A stretch of DNA of 64,000 bases from Squalus acanthias. Taxonomy: Eukaryota. The stretch is from assembly GCA_030390025.1 (NCBI GenBank), contig CM059432.1:27654001-27718000 (forward strand), in the 5' to 3' direction. Shown here in pieces: positions 1-11,879 of the stretch (the first letter of the stretch is position 1; every line of letters begins with the position of its first letter). Position numbers and translations under genes: made by a program. The notes beneath the pieces are model-generated. The model was not told the DNA's origin and ran no database searches. It saw only the letters and a program-made list of their open reading frames with translations.

Positions 1-529
1 AGTTAAAGAGATGGTGAAAATGGGTTCAAAAACAAACACACACGGGAAAGCCCCGTTACTATAGAAACACTGGTTTCCTGAACATAAATGACAGAAGGCT
101 GTGGCAGAATCCTCCAGCTACCTCAGTTGATCATATCCATTCCTGTAAAATGGACCGATATCGGACTCTGAGGCTGGAGTCTAATCAAGGGGTTCAAATG
201 GTTTATATATAGAACGATGGTTCCCTGGGAGTGAGTTAAAGGATAGGGTCTAATTGAGGGATTTATATATAGAATAATGGATACCTGAGACGGAAACTCA
301 GCTAGTTTATAATCATCGACTGAAGCTGGATATTAGTTTACAACATCACAACACTTTGACATTTATATTTTCATTGCTATATCCTGTTCAAATTTTATGA
401 CTTTGAATTGCACTTGTCACTTATTATAGGCATAGATGCCAACATTCAATGCATTTGATGTGCAAAGATGTTTGTATGGGATAGTCAGTGATTGTCAATC
501 ATTACTGCAGCTTTAACAACAAAAAGATA

Positions 530-785
530 GCTCCCCCAATGGCTCAGTGTGTTCATTAAATGAGCTGTACAGGCTAGGAAAGTCCATGGTTTGATCCTCA
601 GTCTGTTCTGAGTTCGCTGATCTCACCCAAGGTGGCCTTAGAACTGCTAGGTAGGATAAAAATCATTTGGGTTCCTGCTTCTGATCACTATCTGGTGACC
701 CCTGCTGGAAACGTGCATGTGTTGATGCTGGGTGGGCAGGATCAGTATTGATTGTGAAGCTCCCACAGTCAAATAGTCTGCCAAC
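530..785 (+). mobile_element. Old tRNA-derived SINE-like repeat (related pieces at ~14430-14575, ~61370-61480, ~63340-63560)
   Basis: TGGCTCAGT head and GGTTTGATCC B-box-like motif; diverged similarity among copies. Confidence 0.45.
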
Positions 786-1490
786 TTTCAGTGCTCACAC
801 GAGAAAACTGACCACATGGACAAGGTTTCAGAGGGTATCTGGCATCTGTGAAACTGGCCTGAGTAAAGAGTAAGCAGCTGCAAGAAAGGAGAAGAAAAAA
901 TTGGCAACAAAAGCAAATAGTTTATATTATAAAATAATAGTCCCGGCTCAGGATCAGCTCTTGCTCTGTAAAGTCTATTTATTTGTTTACTCTTTATAAC
1001 AGCATCTTTGTGAAGCTGGAGCAGCTGAGACAAAAAAATACAATTAAAATCTGAACTGGAAGACAGAGTCGGCCCCATTTTGTATAATGGAAGATCTTCC
1101 AGTAGAATTGGTTCTACTCGTGTCTCTATTCACTCAGGCTGGATCTGAAACATCTGCGGTAACACTAGAGTAACTGCATTTGCAAGACATGTGCATGCAT
1201 GGTTGCTTAAAAGTTGTGAACGCAAATTCCCAGCCACAACACTTGCACATTTCTGATGACCATTTTGGCTGTGGACCTTCCTCGATGTCACCAGAAAAAA
1301 ATCCCAGCTCTGACATTCAATGCCAGTGCCTATTTTGGTTTTATTGTGGCTCTTTGACTTAAGAGTCAGGGGTGAAACCACCTCACAGATTGGTGTGCTG
1401 CACCCCATGGTGGCATCTAGAGCGTCGTGTTTAAATTGCAACTCGACACCGAAGGCTTTAATGTAAATGTGATATCAGTTCATTCCAATT

Positions 1491-4400
1491 ATAAGAACAT
1501 AAGAAATAGGAGCAGGGGTGGGCCATTTGGCCCCTCGAGCTTGCTCCGCCATTCAGTAAGATCATGGCCTCAACTCCACTTTCCTGCCCGCTCCCCATAA
1601 CCCTTGACTCCCTTATCGTTCAAAAATCTGTCTATCTCCACCTTAAATGTATTCAATGACCCAGCCGCCACAGCTCTCTGGGGGAGAGAATTCCAAAGAT
1701 TCACGATCCTCTGAGAGAAGAAATTCCTCTTCATCTCCGTTTTAAATGGGAGACTCCTTATTCTGAAACTATGCCCCCTAGTTCTAGATTCCCCCATGAG
1801 GGGAAACATTCTCTCTGCATCTACCCTGTCAAGCTCCCTCAGAATCTTATACGTTTTAATAAGATCACCTCTCATTCTTCAAAACTCCAATGAGTATAGG
1901 CCCAACCTGCTCAACCTTTCTTCATAAGACAACCCTTCATCTCAGGAATCAACCTAGTGAACCTTCTCTGAACTGCCTCCAATGCAAGTATATCCCTCCT
2001 TAAATATGGAGACCAAAACTGTACACAGTACTCCAGGTGTGGTCTCACCAACGCCCTATACAGTTGTAGTAAGACTTCCCTACTTTTATACTCCATCCCC
2101 CTTGCAATAAAGGCCAACATTCCATTTGCCTTCCTAATTACTTGCTGTACCTGCATGCTAACTTTTTGTGTTTCATGTACAAGGACCCCCAGATCCCTCT
2201 GTACCGCAGCATTTTGTAGACTCTCTCCATTTAAATAATAATTAGCTTTTTTATTTTTCCTACCAAAATGGGTAACCTCACATTTTCCCACATTATACTC
2301 CATCTGCCAAATTTTTGCCCACTCACTTAACCTATCTATATCCCATTGCAGATTCTTTGTGTCCTCTTTACAACTTGCTTTCCCACCTATCTTTGTATCA
2401 TCAGCAAATTTGGTTACATTACACTCGGTCCCGCCATCCAAGTCATTAATATAGATTGTAAATAGTTGAGGCCCCAGCACTGATCCCTGTGGCACCCCAC
2501 TAGTTACAGTTTGCCAACCTGAAAATTACCCATTTATCCCGACTCTCTGTTTCCTGTTGGTTAGCCAATCCTCTATCCATGCTAATATATTACCCCCAAC
2601 CCCATGAGCTCTTATCTTGTGCAGTAACCTTTTATGTGGCACCATATCGAATGCCTTCTGGAAATCCAAATACACAACATCTACTGGTTCCCCTTTATCC
2701 ACCCTGCTCATTACATCCTCAAAGAACTCCAGCAAATTTGTCAAACATGATTTCCCTTTCATAAAACCATGCTGACTCTGCTTGACTGTATTATGATTTT
2801 CTAAATGTCCTGCTATTACTTCCTTAATAATGGACTCCAGCATTTTCCCAATGATAGATGTTAGGCTAACTGGTCTATAGTTTCCTGCTTTCTGTCTCCC
2901 TCCTTTCTTGAATAGGGGTGTTACATTTGCGGTTTTCCAATCCGCTGGGACCTCTCAAGAATCTAAGGAATTTTGGTAGATTACAACCAATGCATCCACT
3001 ATCTCTGCAGCCACTTCTTTTAAGACCCTAGGATGTAGGCCATCAGGTTCAGGGGACTTGTCCACCTTTAGTCCCATAAGTTTGCCTAGTACTTTTTCTC
3101 TAGTGACGGTGATTGTTTTAAGTTCCCCCTCCCTATAGCCCCTTGATTATCAATTATTATTGGGATGCTTTTAGTGTCTTCTACCATGAAGACCAATACA
3201 AAATATTTGGTCAAAGTCTTTGCCATTTCCCTGTTTCCCATTATTAATTCCCCAGTCTCATCCTCTAAGGGACCAACATATACTGTAGTTACTCTCTTCC
3301 TTTTTATATACCTGTAGAAGCTCTTACTGTCTGTTTTTATATTTCTTGCTAGTTTACTCTCATAATCTATCTTCTCTCTCTTTCTTATTTTTTTAGTCAT
3401 CCTGTGCTGGTTTCTAAAAATTTCCCAATCCTCTGGCCTACCACTAATCTTCACATCATTGTATGCCTTTGTTTTCAATTTGATACCATCCTTAACTTCC
3501 TTAGTTAGCTTCAGATGGAGCTTTCTTCTCTTAGAGTCTTTCTTTCTCACTGGAATATATCTTTGCTGAGAGTTATGCAATATCTCCTTAAATGTCTGCC
3601 ACTGCTTATCTACTGTCTTACCCTTTAATCTATTTTCCCAGTCCACTTTAGCCAACTTTGTCTTCATACCTTTGTAATTGCCTTTATTTAAGTTCAGGAC
3701 ATTAGTTTGAGACCCAAGTTTCTCACCCTCAAACTGAATTTGAAATTCTAACATGCTATGATCACTCTTCCCTAGAGGATCCTTTACTATGAGATCATTA
3801 ATTAATCCTACCTCATTACACATTACCAGATCTAAAATAGTCTGCTCCCTGGTTGGTTCCACAACGTATTGTTCTAAGAAACCATCCCAAATACATTCTA
3901 TGAACTCGTCCTCAAGGTTACCTTTGCCAATTTGATTTGTCCAATCTATATGAAGATTAAAATCGCCCATGATTATTGCAGTCCCTTTCTTACAAGCCTC
4001 CATTATTTCTTGATTTATACTCTGTCCTACAGTGTAGCTACTGTTAGGGGGCCTATAGACTACTCCCACCAGTGACTTCTTCCCCTTAAAGGCACCGAAC
4101 ACCTCGAATCTCTTCGCGGGGAGCAAGCGGAAGCCAAGCACAGGCAGCGCAAGGAGCGTACGTCAACCCAAGCACCCCACCCACCTGTCCCTTCAACCAC
4201 CGTCTGCCCCATCTGTGACAGAGACTGTAGGTCTCGCATTGGACTCATCAGTCACCTGCGAACTCATTTGTAATGTGGAAGCAAGTCATCCTCGGTTCCG
4301 AGGGACTGCCTAAGAAGAAGAAGAAGAAGAAGAGATTATTTCTTATCTTCACCCAAACTGATTCTACATCTCGATCTTCTGAGCCGATATAATTTCTCAC

Positions 4401-5580
4401 TACTGCACTGATCTCATCCTTTATTAACAAAGCTACCCCACCTCCTTTTCCTTTCTGCCTATCCTTCCGAAATGTCAAATACCCCTGAATATTCAGTGCC
4501 CAGCCTTGGTCACCTTGCAACCACGTCTCTGTAATGGCTATCAGATCATACCCATTTATTTCTATTTGTGCCGTCAACTCATCTATCTTGTTACGAATGC
4601 TGCGTGCATTCAGCTAAAGAGCTTTAAATTTTGTGTTTTTACCATTTTCCCCTACTCTGACTCTACTTTCTGATGCACTCTTATGTTTATACGCTCTGTC
4701 GCTTCCTGTCACACTCTGGTTATCAATACCCCTATCACTACCCTGCATTATTGCCTTCTCCTTTCTCTTTGACTTTTTAAATTTCCCCTCACGTAAACCC
4801 TTCCCCCCACTATTTAGTTTAAAGCCCTATGTACCGCCCTAGTTATTCGATTCGTCAGGACAGTGGTCCCAGCATGGTTCAAGTGAAGTCCGTCCCAACA
4901 GAACAGCTCGCTCTTTCCCCAGTACTGGTGCCAGTGCCCCATGAATCGAAACCCATTTCTCCCACACCAGTCTTTGAGCCACACGTTCATCTCTCTGAAC
5001 TTATTGACCCTATGCTAATTTGCTCGTGGCTCAGGCAGTAATCCAGAGATTATTACCTTTGTGGTTCTGCTTTTTAATTTAATCCCTAGCTGCTCATACT
5101 CCCTCAGCAGAACCTCTTTCTTTGTCCTACCTATGTCATTGGTACCTACGTGAACTACAACAACTGGATCTTTCCTCTCCCACTCCAAGTTCCTCTCCAG
5201 CCCAGAGGAGATGTCCTTAACCCTGGCAGGCAACACAGCCTTCGGGACTCACACTCTCGGCTGCAGAGAACAGTATCTATCCCCCTAACTATACTGTCCC
5301 CTACCACTACAACATTTCTTTTTACTCCCCCAACTTGAATGGCCCCCTGTACCACGGTGCTGTGGTCAGTTTGCTCATCCTCCCTGCAGTCCCTGCTCTC
5401 GTCCACACAGGGAGCAAGTACCTCATGCCTGTTGGACAACATGCCTGAGGCTCCTTCAATGCTACCTTGTGGATCCCCATACCTGCCGTACTCGTAGTCA
5501 CACCCTCCTGTCCCTGACCACAGACCAAATTTGAATTATTTAACCGAAGGGGTGTGACTGCCTCCTGGAACACAGCGTCC
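1491..5580 (-). mobile_element. CR1 LINE, 5'-truncated within ORF1, degenerate (esterase ORF1 remnant, APE endonuclease, RT, 3' tail)
   Basis: ORF pieces carry GDSIVRG/HVGTND (SGNH esterase), ITETWL/GDFN/SDH (endonuclease) and [16 protein letters not shown] (RT). 3' tail TTCTTATG repeat at ~1491-1510. Confidence 0.95.
4089..4334 (+). mobile_element. RTE-clade LINE 3' fragment inserted into the CR1 endonuclease
   Basis: Encodes ...VCPICDRDCRSRIGLISHLRTHL* (RTE-type C-terminal zinc finger), then a short UTR and an (AAG)n tail. CR1 coding sequence resumes on both sides. Confidence 0.85.
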
Positions 5581-6679
5581 ATGGTATTAACACCAAAAAA
5601 ATATCCAGGCACAGATACAGGGTTGATTGAAGTTTAACCGCGCATGTTAATTTATTTCTTCACACTTCAGCACAGAGATTCTTTGCAGCTACTAATAGAA
5701 ATTTAACTGAAAAATAGACATAATCAAAAAGATGTTAAAGGGAGAGGGCTGGATCTTCCTCTGAACTACTCGCTTCTTTTGAAGCAGTAAATAGTATCCC
5801 CTCAAAACCACTGGTCTAATATTGCACTAGAATTATTCTCCAAAAAATAAATTCCAGTTCCCTTTAAGGCCCACCAGAGTCTACCCGCCTCAGTTAAGTG
5901 AGTTCAAGTGGGCGTGACTAATCTCTCTGATGTACTCTCTCCAACTTTCATCCCAAACCCACCATTGGCAATAAGAGCAACAGTAAAGTATTCCTGAGGT
6001 GGATATACTTGGAGAGACCATTTATCCCCCGTCACATCTTCATTAAATGATTCCAGGGTTAGAAACTTTAGGAAAAGGAGTAGGCCATTCAGCCCCTCTA
6101 GCCTGTTCCACCATTCAATTAGATCACGGCTGATCTGCAGCTCAAAAAGGGAGATTTCCTCTTTAAGATGTTTGCCTTTGTCACTGTTGACACTCACCCT
6201 TTAAATGATTCGGTTTTCTAATCTTTAAGATTAACTTTATGGTGGGTTACAAGTGGATACAGACAAAACAAAGTTCAATTTATATCTTACTTGTCAATAG
6301 AAGCTTTTTTAAAAATTTGGTCAACTAGGTATCTGATGTGCTGAATATCCAAACCAAATTCCTGAGAAAGCTACTTAAGTAAAGGTTCTGTTTGCCTAAT
6401 ATGGAGTGCACATTCTCTCCCCATTGGACACACCCCACTTACCTAAGCTCAGAGAGCTTGGGTGCATTTTTGCAAGATCCAAGACGTACATCTTATCAGT
6501 ATTTCAATCCCAATATATAGCATTATAAATGAAGGCAGGCCATCAATGTTTACAGCAGCAATATCCCATAAAGATTAAGTTCAAAAATTAAAAGGCATAA
6601 ACAACACTTGTAATACACCTTAACCCAAGGTGTGTAAACTACTGAAGTTATTTAAAAAAATCCTTTTTTAAAAAAAGTG

Positions 6680-7700
6680 GGAGATCAATTTCATCAGGAG
6701 CTGATAATACAAGTGTGCCATGAGTTCCATTGGTGAAATCATGATGTGATGTGTTACTGAGCCATCCAGACCAGACATCGCTGAACAGACCCGACACCAA
6801 GCGGCGGGGGAGGCAATCTAGATTATTGAGAGATTCTTAAGAAGCACTTAAATACCATTTTAAGCTTACCTTTCAATTTTACAAGTTCCCCACGGGTTAT
6901 ACGCTGCTCGGGAATCATGTCAGCTCAGCAGGTCGTGAGTGGATTCAGCATTGAATTATCTGATTACTTGACAGCTGCAAAAGTGGTATAAAAGCTCCCA
7001 TCTCACAGCTGTTCACTTTCCAAGCTCAGTAACTATTGCTTACTGCATTTGGAAGACAGATTGAGCTTTCTGCAGCTTGCAAGTGTTTGGAGCCAACTCT
7101 CTATCCAGTGCCACCTCATTGGAACAACCTCTCTGAGCATTGACAGATTTGCTTCTGTCATCTCAACTTCACCTGCTATCTATTACATCAGCATCGGTGC
7201 CCTTGAAATTATCTCACCTTGGTCTTCAGAATCCCACCACGATCAGCCCCAACACCAGCAGCACCAGACACACCAGCAGCACCAACAACAACACCAACCT
7301 TCTCTGCAATCAACTGATGCTACACAGGACACAGGGCATCAGTACCCGACCACATTGCTGCCCAGGATGCCAGGGATGGCCTCACCATGGACAGATTTAC
7401 TTCACTTGATGCTGTACACCCTGGCTGCCACATGATGCGCCACACCAACACCATAAAGCATCCCTACAATGCCCAAGCCATTCCTTTCACACTCATCACC
7501 ATTGCGGGGGGTACTGTTATGTCTCACCATTCACTGCAACTCACTAAGCCACTTCCAAAGATGCACACAAATCTGTCCAAGAACACAAAGCGTTGAAAAT
7601 AAAGGTTTCAATGTTTTACAGCACATTAACAGAAACTTCACATGAACATTGGCTAAAACACCCAAGTGCCTACCCTTGTGTGTTGTTAGTTGGTATGATT
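6680..7700 (+). mobile_element. Harbinger deletion derivative (transposase N- and C-terminal remnants); continues at ~11638-11750 beyond the CR1
   Basis: QHQPSLQSTDATQDTGHQ aligns with [18 protein letters not shown] of the 44-45 kb transposase. 11640-11740 is homologous to the reverse complement of the Myb-gene intron 1 at ~42160-42255. Confidence 0.65.
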
Positions 7701-7735
7701 TTGTTCTAGTTTAATCTGCAAGTTAGCTGGAGGGG

Positions 7736-8662
7736 ATGGCAGGGGAGGCAGTGAAATGTTCCTCCTGCAGAATGTTTGAGGTGAGGGACGCCGTAGGTGT
7801 CCCTGCTGATTACACCTGTGGGAAGTGCACCCATCTCCAGCTCCTCGAAAACCGTGTTAGGGAACTGGAGCTGGAGCTGGATGAACTTCGGATCATTCGG
7901 GAGGCAGAGGAGGTCATAGATAGAAGCTTCAGGGATGTAATTACTCCAAAGCATGAAGATAGATGGGTGACGGTGAGAGGGGCTAGGAGGAAGCAGTCAG
8001 TGCAGGGATCCTCTGTGGTCGTTCCCCTCAGTAACAGGTATACCGCTTTGAATACTGTTGAGGGGGACGACTTACCAGTGGTAAGCCATGGTGACCGGAT
8101 CTCCGGCGCTGGGTCCGTCCCTGTGGCTCAGAAGGGAAGGGGGGAGAGCAGGAGAGCAATAGTTATTGGGGACTCAATAGTCAGAGGGACAGATAGGAGG
8201 TTCTGTGGCAGCAAAAGAGACTCACGGATGGTATGTTGCCTCCCGGGTGCCAGGGTCCGTGACGTCTCGGACCGTGTTTTCAGAATCCTCAAAGGGGAGG
8301 GGAACAATCACAAGTCGTGGTACACATCGGTACCAACGACATAGGTAGGAGAAGGGACGGGGATTTAAAACAGGAATTTAGGGAGCTAGGTTGGAAGCTG
8401 AGAGCCAGTACAAACCATGTTGTAATTTCTGGTTTGTTGCCGGTGCCACGTGCTAGCGAGTTGAGGAACAGGGAGAGAGTGCAGATAAACATGTGGCTGC
8501 AGGGATGGTGTAGCGGGGAGGGTTTCAGTTATGTGGATAATTGGAGCACATTCTGGGGAAGGTGGGACCTGTACAAACAGGACGGTTTGCACCTGAACCA
8601 GAGGGGCACCAATATCCTGGGAGGGAAATTTGCTACGGCTCTTCGGGGGGGGTTTAAACTAA
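7736..8662 (+). CDS. CR1 ORF1p: Cys/His zinc finger, coiled coil, SGNH esterase (one frameshift at ~8300)
   Basis: CSSC...CGKC, LENRVRELELEL, GDSIVRG, HIGTND, DGLHLN motifs. Confidence 0.9.
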
Positions 8663-11558
8663 TTTGTCAGGGGGATGGGAAAAAGGGCTGCAGTCCAGGA
8701 GCCAGTGGTGAGTGTAGGGAGGTACTGAGGAGGGTATCAAGGTCGCAGGAATGTACCGGCAGACAGGAAGATGGCTTGAAGTGTGTCTACTTCAATGCAA
8801 GGAGCATCCGGAATAAGGTAGGAGAACTTGGAGCGTGGATTGGTACTTGGGACTACGATGTGGTGGCCATTACGGAGACATGGTTAGAACAGGGACAGGA
8901 ATGGTTGTTGGAAGTTCCGGGGTATAGATGTTTCAGTAAGAGTAGGGAAGTTGGTAAGAAAGGTGGAGGAGTAGCATTGTTAATCAAGGATAGTTTAACA
9001 GCGGCAGAAAGGCAGTTCGAGGGGGATCTGCCGTCTGAGGTAATATGGGCTGAAGTTAGAAATAGGAAAGGAGCGGTCACGTTGTTAGGAGTTTTCTACA
9101 GGCCCCCAAATAGTAATAGAGATGTGGAGGAAGAAATTGCAAAGCAGATTATGAATAGGTGTGGAGGTCACAGAGTAGTTGTCATGGGTGACTTCAACTT
9201 TCCAAATATTGATTGGAACCTTTATAGGTCAAACAGTTCGGATGGGATAGTTTTTGCACAGTGTGTGCAGGAGGGTTTCCTGACACAATATGTGGATAGG
9301 CCGACAAGAGCTGGGGCCACGTTGGATTTGGTACTGGGTAATGAACCGGGCCAAGTGTTTGATTTGTATGTGGGAGAGCACTTTGGAGATAGTGACCACA
9401 ATTCGGTAACTTTCACTATTGCAATGGAGAGGGATAGGGCCATACGGCAGGGCACGGTTTATAATTGGGGGAGGGGTAATTATGATGCGATTAGGCAAGA
9501 ATTAGGGAGTATAAGATGGGAACAGAAACTATCAGGGAAAGGCACAAACGAAAAGTGGAGCTTTTTCATGGAGCAATTACTGCATGTCCTTGATAGGTAT
9601 GTCCCTGTCAGGCAGGGAGGAAATGGCCGAGTGAGAGAACCATGGTTCACAAAAGAGGTTGAATGTCTAGTCAAGAGGAAAAAGGAAGCGTATGTAAGGA
9701 TGAGAAAACAAGGTTCAGTTGGGTCGATTGAGGGGTACAAGGTAGCAAGGAATGAGCTAAAAAAAGAGCTTAGGAGAGCTAGGAGGGGGCATGAGAAGTC
9801 CTTGGCGGGTCGGATCAAGAAAAACCCCAAGGCCTTTTACTCTTATGTGAGAAATAAAAGAATGACCAGGGTGAGGGTAGGGCCGGTCAAGGACAGTAGT
9901 GGGAACTTGTGCATGAGTCAGAAGAGATAGGAGAGGTGATGAATGAATACTTTTCGTCAGTGTTCACCGAGGAGAGGGGCCATGTTCTTGAGGATGAGAG
10001 TGTGATAAAGGTGGATAGGCTGGAGGTGGTAGATGTTCTGAGGGAAGATGTTTTAGCAATTTTGAAGAACCTGAGGGTCGATAAGTCCCCTGGGCCAGAT
10101 GGGATATATCCTAGGATTCTTTGGGAGGCAAGGGAGGAGATTGCAGAGCCTCTGGCTTTGATCTTTGGGTCCTCACTGTCCACGGGGATGGTGCCAGAGG
10201 ACTGGAGAGTGGCGAATGTTGTTCCTCTCTTTAAGAAAGGAAATAGGAATGACCCTGGTAATTATAGGCCGGTTAGTCTTACTTCGGTGGTTGGTAAGAT
10301 AATGGAAAAGGTCCTGAGGGATAGGATTTATGACCATTTGGAAAGGGGCAACTTAATCAGGGAAAGTCAACACGGATTTGTGAAGGGTAAGTCTTGCCTA
10401 ACAAATTTGATTGAATTCTTTGAGGAGGTAACTAAGTGTGTAGATGAAGGTAGAGCAGTTGATGTCGTATACATGGATTTTAGTAAGGCGTTTGATAAGG
10501 TTCCCCATGGTCGGCTCATGAAGAAAGTAAGGAGTTGTGGGATAGAGGGAAATTTGGCCGATTGGATAAGTAACTGGTTATCTCATAGAAGGCAGAGGGT
10601 GGTGGTGGATGGAACATTTTCGGACTGGAGACCAGTTACCAGCGGTGTGCCACAGGGGTCGGTGCTGGGTCCTCTGCTGTTTGTGATTTTTATCAATGAC
10701 TTGGAGGAGGGGACTGAAGGGTGGATCAGTAAATTTGCTGATGACACCAAGATTGGTGGAGCAGTGGATGAGGTGGAGGGCTGTTGTAGGCTGCAAAGAG
10801 ACATTGATAGGATGCAGAGCTGGGCCGAAAAATGGCAGATGGAATTTAACCCTGATAAGTGCGAGGTGATTCATTTTGGTAGGGCAAATTTGAATAAGGA
10901 TTACAGGGTCAACGGCAGGGTTCTGAGGAACGTGGAGGAGCAGAGGGATCTGGGGGTTCATATCCACAGATCTCTGAAGGTTGCCACTCAAGTGGATAGA
11001 GCAGTAAAGAAGGCCTATGGTGTGTTGGCGTTTATTAACAGAGGGTTTGAGTTTAAGAACCGTGAGGTTATGCTGCAACTGTACAGGACCTTGGTGAGAC
11101 CACATTTGGAATATTGTGTGCAGTTCTGGTCACCTCACTATAGGAAGGACGTGGAAGCATTGGAAAGAGTGCAAAGGAGATTTACCAGGATGCTGCCTGG
11201 TTTGGGGGGGAGGTCTTATGAGGAAAGATTGAGGGAGTTGGGGCTTTTCTCTTTAGAGCGGAGGAGGATGAGAGGCGACTTAATAGAGGTTTATAAGATG
11301 ATGAGGGGGATAGATAGAGTGGATGTTCAGAGACTATTTCCTCGGGTAGAGGCAGCTGTTACAAGGGGGCATAACTATAAGGTGCATGGGGGGAGATATA
11401 GAAGGGATGTCCGAGGTAGATTCTTTACTCAGAGAGTGGTTGGGGTGTGGAATGGACTGCCTGCTGTGATAGTGGAGTCGGACACTTTAGGAACTTTCAA
11501 GCGGTTATTGGATAAGCACATGGAGCACACCAGAGCGATAGGGAGTGTGATAGCTTGA
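8653..11558 (+). CDS. CR1 ORF2p: APE endonuclease + reverse transcriptase (one frameshift at ~9915)
   Basis: [45 protein letters not shown]. Confidence 0.93.
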
Positions 11559-11879
11559 TCTTGGTCTCGGACAATGCTCGGCACAACATCGAGGGCCGAA
11601 GGGCCTGTACTGTGCTGTACTGTTCTATGTTTCTATGACTAGGATGAGGGTGAGTGTGAGGGGTGGCTGGTGAGATGGGGAAGTGATAATGTAGATAGAG
11701 AGGGATGGGTGCAGGTGCAAGGTAAGTTGGTGTGAGTAAAGATGTGAGAGAAATACTGGAGACCTACCACTGTGCTCCAGTAAGTCAGATTCAGATGGCC
11801 ACACAAGGAAAGAGAGTACTAAGATGCATCCAGTCAACTATATGGAGGTATTACACAAGAGGTATTAAACAAAGACAGG

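Larger units (their letters stand above)
7700..11637 (+). mobile_element. Near-intact CR1 LINE (ORF1 + ORF2 + 3' tail)
   Basis: Contiguous ORF1, EN and RT with no premature stops apart from three 1-nt indels. Ends in GGGCCGAAGGGCC...TGTTCTATGTTTCTATG. Confidence 0.97.

Noticed and set aside
170..290. Two diverged ~65-bp units (TCTAAT..GGG..TTTATATATAGAA)
   Set aside because: Probably a decayed minisatellite remnant; too short and diverged to call.
8317..9930. Novel esterase-endonuclease fusion protein gene
   Set aside because: Best explained by a 1-nt indel at the CR1 ORF1/ORF2 junction.
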